Shown one piece after another: positions 1-14,190 of a stretch of DNA of 64,000 nt (the stretch's first letter is position 1; each line of letters starts with the position of its first letter). The stretch covers positions 80,168,001 to 80,232,000 of the forward strand of contig NC_045697.1 of assembly GCF_009834535.1 (NCBI RefSeq). Reading direction: 5' to 3'. The notes beneath the pieces were generated by a model that worked only from the letters and a program-made list of their open reading frames with translations, did not search any database and had not been told where the DNA came from. The position numbers and the translations under genes are program-made. This DNA comes from Camelus ferus (Eukaryota).

Positions 1-74
1 AATCCTAGAAATATGATTCAAGAGATACACCATTTTAAATATTCAGAGAAAGCCAATGGGCTTTCTTTGGAGAA

Positions 75-500
75 ATTCATTCAACAAAGATTTGTTAAAC
101 ATTTACTATATAGTAGAGATTCTTTGAAACACCTGTAACACAACAATTAATACTGGAAAAGCAATAAATACAAAGTGCTCAAGAACCAGACTACTTATAT
201 ATAGGACAGGGAAGATTTACGAGAGAAAGAAAATTTGAGCCAGGTTTTTAGGAATGAGTAGGAGTTTTCCAGGTGTGTGGAAGGCAGGAGGAGGGCAGTG
301 AATACAACAGTAGAGGGTGTTTGGGGAAAGATGTGAGTTGCCTGATGCAAGGACTGGATGGGCGTATAAATCTCATGGAAAAGAGAGGAGAAAATGTATC
401 TTGGCGCCTGTGGTGATCAGGGTAGGCATTTTAGAGAAGGTGACATAAAATCTGGATTTGAAGAATTAGTGGAAATTCACAAGGTCAGATAAAAGGAGTA
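75..500 (-). mobile_element. Degraded LINE-2 3' fragments
   Basis: ATTCATTCAACAAAGATTTGTTAAACATTTACTAT...TTTGAGCCAGG...GAATGAGTAGGAGTTTTCCAGG. Confidence 0.55.
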
Positions 501-3500
501 CATGCTGGAAGATTTTGGATTGCTTATTAATTTGGTGGGGCTACATCTAATTTCATGTGGAAATTCCCCATTTGGGAGGCAAAACGTTTTCATTGTTCAA
601 CAGAAATACAAGTTTCAGAAGGCTCACTCATTATGGTTCTTGAAAGTATGGTTCATAGAATGTGGAACTGATATTTTTTAAGAACACTTTTAAAGTAGAA
701 AATACTTCTAAAATAAAAAATCACAGTAGTTATTCATTGTGGTAAAGAAAGCCTTAGAAAAGGGTGGGGTGGGAGTGGGTAGGGATTTTAAACTTCCTGG
801 TGGGCAGGTATTAAAGCTGAAAGTTAAATATATATAATCGCTTTCTAAGTAGCAAAATGGGAAGAACGGTGTTCCTATGGTAACAGGAATTTATTCTGCC
901 AGTGGCTATTACTTCGTCTATAAATATGACTTTTGGTTGTCAACATTGGAGAATCAAAATTTATTACTACTTTACATCAGCACCAAAATCATACAAGAAT
1001 CATTGTACTATGATGAATCATTTTACCTAGCCATCAAGAGTCAATATACTTGAAAACCTGTTACTGTGTTCTTTCTATGTTTGTATGTAAGTAATGTATG
1101 TGTGTCTCTCTCTCTCTCCTATAACAGGCTTTGAATTAATAAAAGATTCACAAAGCTGCCACCTGACACGGGGGTGTGAGTGCTCTGAACAGGTGTGCTC
1201 AGGGCCAGCTGACAGAGCTGTACCAGTACATTCACCAACCCCAAAAGCTCCCAGATGGAAGGTCCTCTTGGATTACCCATGGGCCTGAGTGTACAAAATC
1301 GAGCCAGATTACAGGCAAAGGAGTTAGTGAGCTGATGTGATTCCAAGGAATCACATTGTTTAAAATACCCTATTTTAAATTGAGAATATGGGAAATGCTG
1401 TATTTCACCACTTTTGCCTGGCTAACAACACCAACAAAACACACTTTCTACCACTCCACAGGGGAATGCTAGTGCGAAAGGAGATTTTTTTAAAAAGTGT
1501 ATTATGATCAAAATTTATCAAAGTGTACATCTGAAATATGTGTAGTTTACTGTACAGGAACCATATCACAATAAAGGTATTAAAAAATAAAAATTAAAAA
1601 AAGGAAATAGTTCAAGGTTTTCCTTTTTGGTATTCTTCCTTAATGACTGCAGAATTTTCTAGCAATTAAATTGTTACAGTTTAACTATTTAAAAAAATTA
1701 AAAGTGTATTGTTTAAAGAATCATATGGGTCTAACAAAGTTGTATCAGCAAAAAGGATAAAAGAGGTCCTATGGCACAGAATTCTAAACAACTCTTTAAT
1801 AACTGTTTAACTGATTAATTCTCTGACAGCAAAGAGTTTTCTTTTAAACTCCATTTCTTACTATTTCTTTCATTCTAAGTATACTTTTATTAGGTCATAT
1901 TAAAGAATCGATACACACAAACACATACATGTGTATGTGCCTGTGTTTGTATTTGCACACACGTTAATTTATAAGAAGCAGTCCTGGATTTAATTTAGTT
2001 CTTACATTCAGTTACTCTCTTCCATATTTTTTAAAATATTTGGTTATCTATTTGTAACTGATGATAAACATAGTATCTTCTTGTTACATAAAACTTGGAA
2101 AGAAGCAGGAAAGAAACCACACAATTTCATCTCCCAGAGGCAACATCTCTTTTTCTTTTAAAAAACTAATTTGACATAGCTCATTCCATTTTTATATTTT
2201 CTCCTATGTAGTTGGAATATTTGTATCCTTTATCTTCAGTGAACACTCACAAGCATTTTGCCAGATGGCTAGGAACTCTGCATAAACATCCTCGGTACCA
2301 AACACACCACAGGTTAATTAATGTTAATCTGTGGTGTGCTGGTTTCCTTAATAGTATTGGACATATAAGTTGCTTACGGTTTTTCACTGTTTTGAATGTT
2401 GTTTCCATTAATATCTTTGTTCATAATTTTTCTCCACGTTTTAAACTCAAAGTCCATGCTCACGTTAAATTTTTAGGGTTATAGTAATAATCCGAAACTT
2501 TATAGACATTTGCTGGTATATAATAACTGTGCCCCAAAGCCTTGCCTCCACCCCTACCCTGAAAGCTCGCCCCGTTTACACTGTCAGGTGGTGGAGGAGC
2601 CACGTCCTGCCGTGTCTGCAGCACTCTAGTCATCTGCAGAGCTTTTATCCCTGACTGGATCCGCAGAAAACGCTCCTCCCCTCAGACCTGCATACCCTGA
2701 ACTGGTGGGCATGAAGGTGCTTTCAGTCGTTTACTTGTCATTTATATTTCCTCTTTTCCTAATAGTTCATCTCCTTTACCTATTTTTCCACTTTTTAATC
2801 TTATCTTCTCAATATAAGTGAACTTTTGACAGGTTTCACAAATACTTTCCTGTTTATTCTTTGTCTCTTAGTTTTATTTTGGCTTTTAAAAAATTCAAGT
2901 GTGTAAGTTTTAGGTATTCTAATCATTTTACCTTCTCATTTTTAAGTCTTTCCCCTGCTTTTAAAGTTAGATCTTTCTAACCCCAGAGATCAGATTCAAT
3001 CTCCTTTTTTTTTTTGCATTTAACTCCTTCATTTAAGATGAACTCAGGTGTATGGTCTAAGGGGAATGTTGAGAACTGATTTTTATCTCCACCCAAACAG
3101 CTACCTTGTTGACCCACATCCTTTGTGTGATGTCTCTGTGCTCTATTTATTTGAATGATTTATTTTTATTTGATCAAAGTGATTGCCTTTATATACCTAT
3201 GGTCCAGTAGTTTATAAACTTTAACATTAGACCTGTTTCTCTTTAAATAAAATTTTTAGGTTAAGAGACAAACTTATAAAGAGATGAGGATAAAGCTGAG
3301 CTGTACTGGCTGAAGAGGAAAAGACAGCCGGATGTTGCCTCCTAATCTCTTTTGCTGTCCCATCACCAGGGCAGAACTGCGAGGGAAAACATCCCTTAAA
3401 CCAAAATGCACTTTTTATGTGCTTTCCTGGTCCGTGTGTCTCGACTTTTATGGACTGCTCTGCTTGGAATGCCTCTCTCACGTGGAGGTGCAGGGGGTTA

Positions 3501-3742
3501 TGCTTTTGCACGTTGACCAAAAAAACCCCCATCCTCCTATCAGAAGTCTTGTTTTCTCTGAAATCTTAAATACATTCATTTCTCTCCTATGGCACTTAGG
3601 TCATTTATACCTTGAAATGAAGCTATTGTAGACATACCAAAGCTGGGGTTAGATACACATGAATTCAGGTACACGGAAGAATGAATTCTTATAGAAAATA
3701 ACTTGTTATGTGTGTGAAAGCAAAAGAAATGTGCCTACTCAC

Positions 3743-3818
3743 GTGTAAGCTTCAAAGTCCCCATTGTTGATAGCTTCGATCAGCTGCTCAGTGACTTTGA
3801 TAATCTCTTGCTTTCGTG
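3743..3818 (-). CDS. CAMK2D: CAMK2D exon 18 (76 nt): (A)[25 protein letters not shown], start of the association (hub) domain
   Basis: Translated by eye. Acceptor ttgcctttag|CAC, donor ACAC|gtgagt; phase fits exon 17 across a 23,081-nt intron. Confidence 0.98.
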
Positions 3819-3934
3819 CTAAAGGCAAAGACAAAGAATTGGGTGAGAATAAAAGGCAAAAGCTCTATAAAATAATAGTCTAATACATCCCTTGTGGAAG
3901 CTTGGTGTTATTCTCACTACAATCTTGCTGCTCA

Positions 3935-4082
3935 AAGCACACAGATCAACATGAGCTGCCTCTTCTGGGAGCCTGGCAGAAACACGGATTCTCAGGTCCT
4001 ACTCCAGACCTACAGATTAAGAATCTGCACTTAACAGGGCACATAGGTGATGCCTGAGCACGTTCATGTGGGGAAGTGCCGT
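3935..4082. mobile_element. MER5-like hAT-Charlie MITE
   Basis: GATTCTCAGGTCCTACTCCAGACCTACAGATTAAGAATCTGCACTTAACA...GGTGAT is a typical MER5 core; boundaries approximate. Confidence 0.7.
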
Positions 4083-7000
4083 GACCCTCCCTTTGTTAGA
4101 AAACCACAGTCACCCAGAAAGTCAAGGCCATATTTTTAAAAATTAGTTCTTATTACCTTTATCAACATGATTGGGCTTATGAACATTCTTTTTTTTACCA
4201 TTAACAAATGTTATTAAAAATGATAATCTTAAAGTATCACTCTACTAATATGTCTATCTTCACAATACAGCTGATATCTTGCATTGAGACATTTAACTTC
4301 ATATAAATGTTGTTGTTTTTTAAACTGTTCAGCTCAACTAACTACAAAAGCAGATGCCAACACTGTAATTGCCTTCATACTTAGACAAATGGCCTCCGGA
4401 AACTGTAGACTGGAAAAGCAACGTAGGAATCAATGCTGTGGATATAGAGGGAAGCCCTCCCGTGTAGCTGTCAACTCCAACACCAGATATGATTTGTTTC
4501 TACTCCTAGCCCACAACTGGCAAAATTATTAATAGTTGGCTTAGTTCAAATCCCACCTATTCAGTAAATTCTTTTCTGATTACAAATGCTTCAAGTGTTC
4601 CTTCTCTTTCTTGAATGCCTCTCTCATATCATTCACAGGGTAATAAAGCATATGCTACATACCATGACAACTTCTCTGGTTCAACTGAATTACTGTTTTA
4701 AATTGTTACTGAACTTTGTGTAATCTGTCTTACTAGTTAAATTAAAAGCTCCCTGGAGGTAAATAACATATCATTTTTTTTTGTATCCTTCAAAAAGCTT
4801 TATCCAATGTCTTTAATAAAATAGATGCTTGATAAGTCTGTAAATTTGATCAAGTGATACTGATAACCTTTTTTAATTTCAGAACACTATTCTCTTAACA
4901 ATGAAATAAATGTATGAAATTTTAAAAACTAAATTTCATTGGATTTTGTTTTTAGAATGTCATAATACTTGGAAATAAATTAGGAGTAATCACAAAATGT
5001 TATTTCCATTCTATCTTAGTGGGGCAGTGAGGCTACCTTCATCATAGAAAAAGCTGAGGTCTGGTTTTAGTTTGTCATTGATTAAAGGCAACCAGTTGTG
5101 TTTTTAATGAATATGATCTTTCTTACACAGATTCTTAACCACAAACTTAAATGTTTATATTCACTTTCAAAACTCCAAGTTACCCAGGTTATGATATTCC
5201 TTATTTAAAATAAATGACTTCATTAAGACTATATTAGACTACATTTTAAAATATGGTTTGTCCATAAAATGGTTGCTGACAGTGTCAGGATCGAAAATAT
5301 AAAAAAAAAAATTTACCATATAGATGAGATTTCATGTTTAGCTACATGATTTCATCTATATTTGCAAAAAAATACAACATAGGATTTCTTACCTCCTATA
5401 CACACCTAAAACATTTCTTGCCCATGCTTATTTGATAAATGAATATAATATATCCAACATCAAAATATACTGACAGCAGTAGTGGCAGGGAATAATTCTG
5501 TAATGGGGTGAATGCCAATGGCTAATTTAGTTAGGCAGTAAGTGATTCATCTGTGTGTGGCCTCAACAGTATGAGCATTTGGCAAAAACGCATGACAGCT
5601 GACCCAATTCTGGAATATAAAGGACCCACGTGTAGAGGAGCTCAGAAAATGAGATTAGGAAAATGTGACTACCAAAACTTCCTCCTTGCATTAAGTCCTT
5701 GTTTAAAACTAAGAGGTTTCTTAGGATGTTATCTGGCTAAGAGGAAAAAACTCATGTTTAGAAAACAATGTCAATTTTTTTAAAAACAAAGGAAAAAATG
5801 AACATAAGATCATTGTCCTTTGGAGAGCTTCATTAGGCGAAGATTCAGTTCACAGTGTGTGAAAAGTGCAGGGTCACTTTCTGAAGTTTCTGAAAGTCTC
5901 TGGATTCCTTCTTAAGCATAATAAGGACTTAGAAACATTGGGTGGCCACGGCTACATCTCACTCATCTCATTCTCTGAAGAAGCACTGTGGAAATACTCA
6001 TTAGCTCTTCAACCGTCTACATCCTCCAACTGGCTTAATTTTTGTCCTGCAAGATCAAAGCGACACACATTGCCTTATTAGTTCTTCCGTTTAGAGACAA
6101 CAGTGCTTGAGCTGGCAGGACAGCAAACAGGCAGTAGCCAGGATGCTTCTGTGCTGCGTCATCATCGAAACAACGTGACTCTCTTGGCTCAGGAAGGGCC
6201 TGGAACTCAGGAATCTTTAGAGTGCTCGTTCCCCTGGAGCAAAGGAGCTGGAGTGAGTCAGGGCAGCACATGACAGCTGACTCTTCAAAGGAGAGCAGAA
6301 GGCTGGAAATGAATCATCTGCAGATATTTCTTTTGTGGTTGGAGCTGCTGCCACAGTGACTGAGAGGGAAGACTCAGGGTCTGATGCCAACGAGACCTCC
6401 TCTCATGAGCAGTGAGGTGGAGGGATGATCCCTGGGCTAGGAGTCCGGCTGCCTATGTTCTGTGGGGAGGGGCCGCTGTCATCCAGCCTTCCCTCTTCCT
6501 GAACATCAAGTAGTGGCCACTCCAGAGCCAAAGTGGGGAGAGCGTTTGATGTGTCACTAATTATACTTAAGGTGAGGGAGGAGTGTACCTGTCAGGCGTT
6601 CCCTGAATACCAGAAGCTTCTAGCTCACGGCTGGCCATTTAATCACAGGGAACTGATGACTAAGTAGTTTTATTTACAGAACTGAGGTCTCAAGCCTATA
6701 CCCACAGGTCCCCAAGTAGATTCTGAGGACTTCCAGGTTCCCGAGGGAAAGGCAGGAGAGAAAACAAGTTGGAGGGTAACTCCAGATTCTGAGTGAAGTT
6801 ACTTCCCTTGCAATTCTGCAAAGAGTTGGAAACATGGTCATGTTCAAATTCTTATTTTTTTTGGCTCTTTTATTGTTCTAAAGAAGCCTGGAAGAGGAAG
6901 ATAAGAGTATGAATGGTCCCAGTGTTTAAAACAAAAAACCCTGGGAACTGAGAGTGACTGTGTAATAAAATAATTGATAGATTTCAACATTTCTCAAGCA

Positions 7001-7289
7001 TTATCAGATCCGAGCGGCACAAGGATTCTCTGAGATACGCAGACCAATGCTGGTGATCGGAGAAGTGTGGGTACAGGCAATGCCCGAAGGCTGAGTGCTC
7101 ACTACTCCTTTCCTCCATCTCGAAATACTCTCCTTTCACTTCTCTCCAGCTTTTCTTATCAACTTTCTGATCACATGACCTCACTTCCCATTTACATGTT
7201 ATTTTTCTCTACCTGGACTTTAAATTCCTAGAGAGGGCTCGATTCGAGGTCCTCTTATCACGCGCAGTTATCCCTATGGTTCTGTCTGT

Positions 7290-9365
7290 ACCGGTTTTAA
7301 GTTGCTGTCAATATACCAGTGACTCCCAAACTGTCACCTCCTTTCTAGACCTTTCCTCTAGATTTGCATGTCACTGCCCATTTTGGAATCTCCATGTGGA
7401 TGTTTCATATGCATCCTGAACCCAACAGCCCCTAAACTGAGCATGTGAACTTCTATCTCCTCCTCTAGGGACCTCCTTCTTGGTGAATGGCCAGTCGCAC
7501 AAGCCAGGGAGAAGCCTGAGAATCATTTTCAACTCCCTCATCCCACCCAACCCAATCCAATCTTCTAAGTTCTGTTGAGTTTGCCTTTTAAATACCTCAC
7601 CCATTAGTCTACTTCTTTTCTCATCATCATCACTCTGATACACAGGCACCCATCATTTCTTGTCCAGAACAAGCATCTGAGGAGGGGCTATATGAAACCA
7701 GTATAATCTTAACCAGACTCGCTTAAAGGCTGTTTTACTTTATCCACCACACCCCACCCATGTGTCTTCCCTCAGCAATTCAAAATGACTGAGCTTCCTC
7801 CTATGGCCAACTCTTCCCATGGCCATCCTCTCTTCTTGAAAAAGTGTCCCCTATCTTTGCCTCCATTTCTTTATCAGATTTCAGCTCAACTTTTATTTCT
7901 CACAAAAGCCTAGTCAGACTCTCATTTTAGGAGAGGTCCCTGTGTTAGAAGTTCACGTCTCCTACACTTGCTGTTCAAAAGCACTTGGTACACTTATATT
8001 TACACACTTGTGTGTATTTGATCAGTTTTCTCTATTATTTCGTAAACTCTCACCATCACAACCTGCATCTAGCATAGTACAGGGCATAGAGTAAATGTCC
8101 CATAAATACATGAATGAGTAGTGGATCCAAAACGAGCTCAAGTGCTTTCTGACTCCCCATCCAACAGCCTTTCCAACACGATACCACATTTTTTGGTGAT
8201 GGTCAGAGAGCTTTTAAGAAATACACACTGATAGATAAATGGAAACATTGGAAGTATAAAGCAGCATGCCTAATTCTTTACTGACAAAGAAAGAAAATAT
8301 TTTCAACTTGTCTAAACCTGTCCATCAAATTCCTTTCTCCTCCTGACCTCACTTTTCCTAATTGTTCTAACAGAACCACCATTTACCAGTTGGCTAGCTC
8401 TAAACTTTGGGCTTCTCTGGACTCTACTCTCTACTTAGTCCCACATCCAGTCATCCATGAGTCATACAGTTTGCCCTTAGTAGTTACAGTGTTGTCTTAG
8501 TAGTTACAGGGTATGTCTTCAGCCTCTTAATCGTTTGTTTTGCTGCTCTGGGTAATCTCATTTATTCCTCTAGCTTTGACCATATACTGAAGGCTGTCAA
8601 ATCTCTGTCACTGGCCTGAAATCTTTCTGGGATCCAAGTTCATTTTTCTAACTGCAGTCTAAACATCCCCTGTTGTCCTGGCATCGTAATCTACTCAGTT
8701 ACCTACGCCCAAATCCTTGATGTCTCCTTTCAGTTGAACAATTGATCACCAGCTCCTCTTCACTCATTCAGATCTTTCTCGGATCCATTTCTTCCTAGCT
8801 GCCACTGCTCTGATTCAGGCTCTCAGAAGTTCCTAACCCTCCTGCCCTGAGGTCTCCTCCCATCCCCTCCCCTAGCACCCCCTCCACTCCTCACTGCCAC
8901 AGAATCATCTCTCTATAGGACAGAGCTGGCCAGGCCACTCCCCAGCTCTGGAAGCTAAAGCCCACACTTGTTTGTTTGTTGGTTCTTTAAAGGTCTTCCT
9001 ACTGTATTTTTCCAGCATCATCTCCTGACACTTCTTTCCTCCCAGGGCTCCCACATAACCCATTCTACAGCCACGCTGAGGGAGCTCCCTCTTTCCCAGC
9101 TAGTCCTGGCTCATTGATAATTCTGTGCCTTTCCTCTCACCAGTCCTTCTGCCTGGAAACTCTCCCTCATCTGTCCGGAAGTCTTCACTACTGTGCTCCA
9201 ATGTCACCTCTTCTGTATGGACATTCTGGACGCAGCTATTTGATCTCACTGCAGTCCTACTGTAACAGTATCATGGGATGTTCACAGAACTTGACCACTT
9301 TCTACCTTCAACACCTCGTACTGGGTGAATGTCTGTAAATGCATGCACATACGAATAAATAAATA
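7290..9365 (+). mobile_element. Cluster of degraded LINE-2 fragments
   Basis: L2-typical pyrimidine-rich sequence (GACTCCCAAA...ATCTCCATGTGGATGT, CCAAGTTCATTTTTCTAACTGC) with 3'-end-like motifs near 8070-8120 and 9300-9365; boundaries approximate. Confidence 0.6.
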
Positions 9366-11792
9366 CATGGAGAGACAATGTATATAAAGTACTGTGTACA
9401 TTTTAAAACATTAGATAAACGCCAAATATACAGGTGATGATGTTCACTTCTGAGAGCAGTGGAGGTGATTATACTAACTGGAAAGGCACTCACGGACCCT
9501 GTGTCTCTCAAAAGCAGCAGAATGACCACCATATACATTAGGCCACAGTATTTCGGATGGTGGAGTAATCTGTGTAGGTCTAGAAAGATAAACGAGGCAT
9601 ATCTAGTCTATGTTTAAACTTATCATTTCTTTTCAAGAGAGTTGAGGGGAGAGAAAGATCCAAGTTATTTGAGCTTGGGCTTTTTCTGAATCTTTGTTCA
9701 GATTTTGAATTTATTAGTTTGTTGAGGTGAACGTATTTAATAACAAAACTTATTCATTGAAATCTGCAATGAAACCTGGGCTAGGAAACAAACTGAATTT
9801 ATACATGCAAATTGATATTCACAACAATGTTAGCAGAGTACAGAATATTGAAATCATTTAGTGAACTGTGCCTAAAGATTTACTTCTTCAGCCATCAAAA
9901 GTTGCACAATTAAAACACTTGTTTAGCTTTTTTTTTTTTAGGTGTAGCATCTTAGTTTAGCAATTCTACTAATTTACTCTGTCGGTATTTGTTCCATTTA
10001 ATTTAACTACTACTTTTCCGTTTCTCAGAGTTATTGGGTACTTGGCTGCTGGAGATTTGAAGGACAGGGAGGTTAAGTGACTTGCTCAAGTCACCCAGCA
10101 AATTTAGAAGCTGTGCCAGGGTGGGAGCTTTATTTCACTGAGGTGCCATCTGCTGCTTAATTCATTAATCTATGATCCTTTCCAGCCCACAGTGCCTAAT
10201 TCAATATTCTGAAATCATAAACTTAAATGAACCACCTAAATGCCTTTGAACTTTCTCTGGCAAGGTGACTGATGACTTAATTACTGAGCTAGAGTTGTAA
10301 TTAATTATTATACCAATTTCACAAAACTGAGTATCCCGTGGTTTTATTGTCTTTTTCTATGCTGCCATTAACAAAAATAACTCTTATGAATAGTTATTAT
10401 CTTAGGCAAATTTACAAATTAGGTCATTTTTATGCTCGTGAAGTTTTACAGAAAAAGGTACCTAATCAACTCAGCTATGTTTAGTTTCCTGTGCAATTAC
10501 ACAGCTTGTTTCCTAGTGACAATTTTTATTTCACTTGTTTGATATATTAGTTAACATTTGGGAGATTAATTTCCATTATTTTGGCTTTGAAATCAAAGCC
10601 ATCAAAGATACTGAAGTTGATTGGTTTAATAATCCATTAAAATTTTATTCAAAGATGACACCCAGAAATTACCAAACTTCTATTCAAGACTGCTTTCAAG
10701 AAATCATTGTAAAGCTCACTTATCCAGAAGCCACCTGTTCAACAGCACCAACATTTCAGACCTTTAATCGTTAGAGGCCCTCAAGACTTAGAAGATAAAT
10801 TATTTAAGCCACCTTTGTACTTTGCTGTATAAAGACTAACCACTCAGTTTCAAAGCATAAATCGTTAACTGGGGACAGGCAGTATTAGTCTTGGCCTTGT
10901 TAAATGGCTCCGGCCTGACAGTAAATGAGTAACAAATACTTAACAACAGAGAAGCCTGGAGTTGGGATCATTTAGTGTAAGTGAAAATAGGTTTAGAACT
11001 TTTTAAAAAGTTTGTGAAGATATTACTGGGTTACAAAATACATCTGTGTCATTACTAAAATGACTCTGCATCTGAACACAAAACAAAATACTGACATTTT
11101 TAAAAAAATTAAAGGATGTGTACTTCAAATATTTTCATTAAAAATGACTTAAATAAAAGTTTCAGAGTCTAAAGAAGCTACCTATCATTATATAGAACAT
11201 TTACTGATATGAAAGAATCCAGCCCAGCCACCTTAAAATAACAGGGTAACCGTTCTGCTACCCTTAGTTGATTTGCAGAAGCTAGAAATAGCACAACATT
11301 ATGAATGCCACTGAGTATTTTAAGTATTAAGATGTTTCATGAATCAGATAGGTGTGGTACCACTTCCAGTTAAGAGTTGATGACATGGAAGAAAAAAAGA
11401 TTTTAGATGGTTCAACAATTCCCATCCACTGCTTAAATTTAAAATTAGAATTGTAGTCTCCTGGGATCAGGTTTGTAAACTTCTGCATGACAAGAAAAAC
11501 CTAAGCACTCTCAAAGGGTCTATCTTTTCCATTGCAGAACCAAGGAGATGGTCAAAACTATTTTCTCAAAAGAAAATAAAAAACAGACTTGGAAAAGAGA
11601 TGGTGAGACTTAGGATTTTTAAATATTTGGAAAGTTCTTTTTTGCCTTTTTGGGGGGATTTTGTTTTGTCATGAAGGAATTCCAGCTTCCCACAAATCCT
11701 GGAACTGTAATGATTACAACTAACCCCTCTAATCAATTTTACATGATATTAGCCAAAAGAGGGCATGTATCTTCCAGGTCAAAAGTAAACGT

Positions 11793-14190
11793 CCATCAAC
11801 AAAAGAAAAGACGAAAACCACATGATCATCTCAATAGATGCAGAAAAAGCATTTGATAAAATTTAACACCCATTTATGATAAAAACTCTTACCAAAGTGG
11901 GTCTAGAGGGAACATATCTCAACATAATGAAAGCTATTTATAGTAAATCTACAGCCAGCATAGTACTCAACGGTGAAAAGCTGAAAGCCTTCCCACTGTA
12001 AAATCTGGAACAAGACAAGGATGCCCACTCTCACCACTTCTATTCAACACAGACTTGGAAGTCCTGGCAACAGTAGTCAGGCAAGAAAAAGAAATAAAAA
12101 GGATCCAAATCAGAAAAGAAAACGTAAAATTGTCACTATATGTGGATGACATGGTACTATATATGTAAAACCCTAAAGGTTCCACACAAAAACTACTAGA
12201 GCTGATAAAAGAATTTGGCAAGATAGCAGGATACAAGATTAACATACAATAACCTGTTGTATTTCTTTACACTAACAATGAATTAGCAGGAAAACAAAGA
12301 AACAATCTCCTTTAAAATCGCATCCAAAACAGTAAAATACATAGGAATAAATCTGACCAAGGAAGTGAAAGACTTATACATGGAGAACTATAAAACATTG
12401 ATTAATGAAATTAAAGATGACTTAAAGAAATGGAGAGCTATCCCATGTCCTTGGATTGGAAGAATCAATATTGTTAAAATGGCCATACTGCCCAAGGCAA
12501 TCTATGAATTTAATGCAATCTCTAACAGATTATCCAGGACATTTTTCACAGAACTAGAACAAACAATCCTAAAATTTATATGGAATCACAAAAGGCCCAG
12601 AATTGCCAAAGCATTATTGAAGAAAAAGAACAAAGCTGGAGGAATAACCCTCCCAGACTTCAAACAACACTACAGAGCTACAGCAATCAGAACAGTCTGG
12701 TATTGGTATAAAAACAGACACATGGATCACTAGAACAGAACAGAGAGCCCAGAAATAACCCACAGACCTATGGTCAATTAATCTTTGACAAAGGAGATGA
12801 GAATATACAATGTAGAAGAGACAGTCTCTTCAGCAAGTGATGCTGGGAAAACTGAATAGCAGTATGTAAATTAATGAAGTTAGAACACTCCATCACTCCA
12901 TACACAAAAATAAACTCAAAATTTCTTAAAGACTTAAACATAAGACAAGACATGATAAATCTCCTAGAAGAAAACATGGGCAAAACATTCTCTGACATAA
13001 ATCTTAGCAATGTTTTCCTTGGGCAGTCTACCCAGGCAATAGAAATAAGAGCAAAAATAAACAAATGGAACCTAATTAAACTTAGAAGCTTTTGCACAGC
13101 AAAGGAAACCATAAGCAAAAGAAAATGACAACCTACTGAAATGGGAGAAAATATTTGCAAATGATGCAACTGTCAAAGGCTTAATTTCCAAAATATATAA
13201 ACAGCTCATACAAATTAATAACAAAAAAATACAAACAAGCCAATCCAAAAATGGGCAGAAGACCTAAACAAGCAATTCTCCAATGAAGACATACAAATGG
13301 CCAATAGGCACAGGAAAAAAATGCTCAATATCGCTAATTATCAGAGAAACACAAATCAAAACTACAATAAGGCATCACCTCACACCAGTCAGAATGGCCA
13401 TCATTCGAAAGTCCACAAACCATAAACGCTAGAGAGGATGTGGAGAAAAAGGAACCCTCCTACACTGCTGGTGGGAACGTAGTTTGGTATAGCCATTATG
13501 GAAAACAGTATGGAGACTCCTCAAAAAAACTAAAAATAAACTTATCATATGATCCAGTAATCCCACTTCTGGGCATATATCTGGAGGGAACTCTAATTTG
13601 AAAAGATACATGCACCCCAATGTTCACAGCAGCACTATATATATACAATAGCCAAAACATAGAAGCAATCTAAATGTCCATTGACAGATGATTGGAAAAA
13701 GAAGTTGTGGTATATTTATACAATGGAATACTACTCGACCATAAAAAGAATAAAATAATGCTATTTGCAGCAACATGGATGGACCTACTGATTGTTATTC
13801 TAAGTGAAGTAAGCCAGAAAGAGAAAGAAAAATACCATATTATATCATTCTAATCTGGAATCTAAGGAAAAAAAGGACATTATGAACTCATCTATGAAAC
13901 AAAAACAGACTCACAGACATAGTGAACAATCTTATGGTTACCGGGAAAAGGAGGTAGGAAGGGATAAATTGAGATTTACAAATGTTAGCCACTATATATA
14001 AAAATAGATTTTAAAAAAGTTTCTTCTGTATAGCACAGGGAACTATGTTCAATACCTTATTATAGCCTTTAATGAAAAAGAATATGAAAATGAATATAGG
14101 TATGTATATGAATGACTGAGACATTGTGCTGTACACCAGAAATGGACACATTGTAACTGACTGTACTTCAATAAAAAAAACAAAACAAAA
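11793..14190 (+). mobile_element. 5'-truncated LINE-1 (about 2.4 kb): disrupted ORF2 RT and C-terminal region, 3'UTR and A-rich tail; antisense to CAMK2D
   Basis: ORF2 peptides NHMIISIDAEKAFDKI, SLYVDDM (YADD motif), [18 protein letters not shown] and GGITLPDFK; several stops and frameshifts; ends AATAAAAAAAACAAAACAAAA. Confidence 0.96.

Noticed and set aside
11934..11943. Perfect MEF2 motif CTATTTATAG
   Set aside because: It lies inside decayed L1 ORF2 in AT-rich sequence, with no supporting context.
11967..13620. Several ORFs of 63-131 aa on both strands
   Set aside because: These are fragments of disrupted L1 ORF2 and their antisense shadows, not genes.
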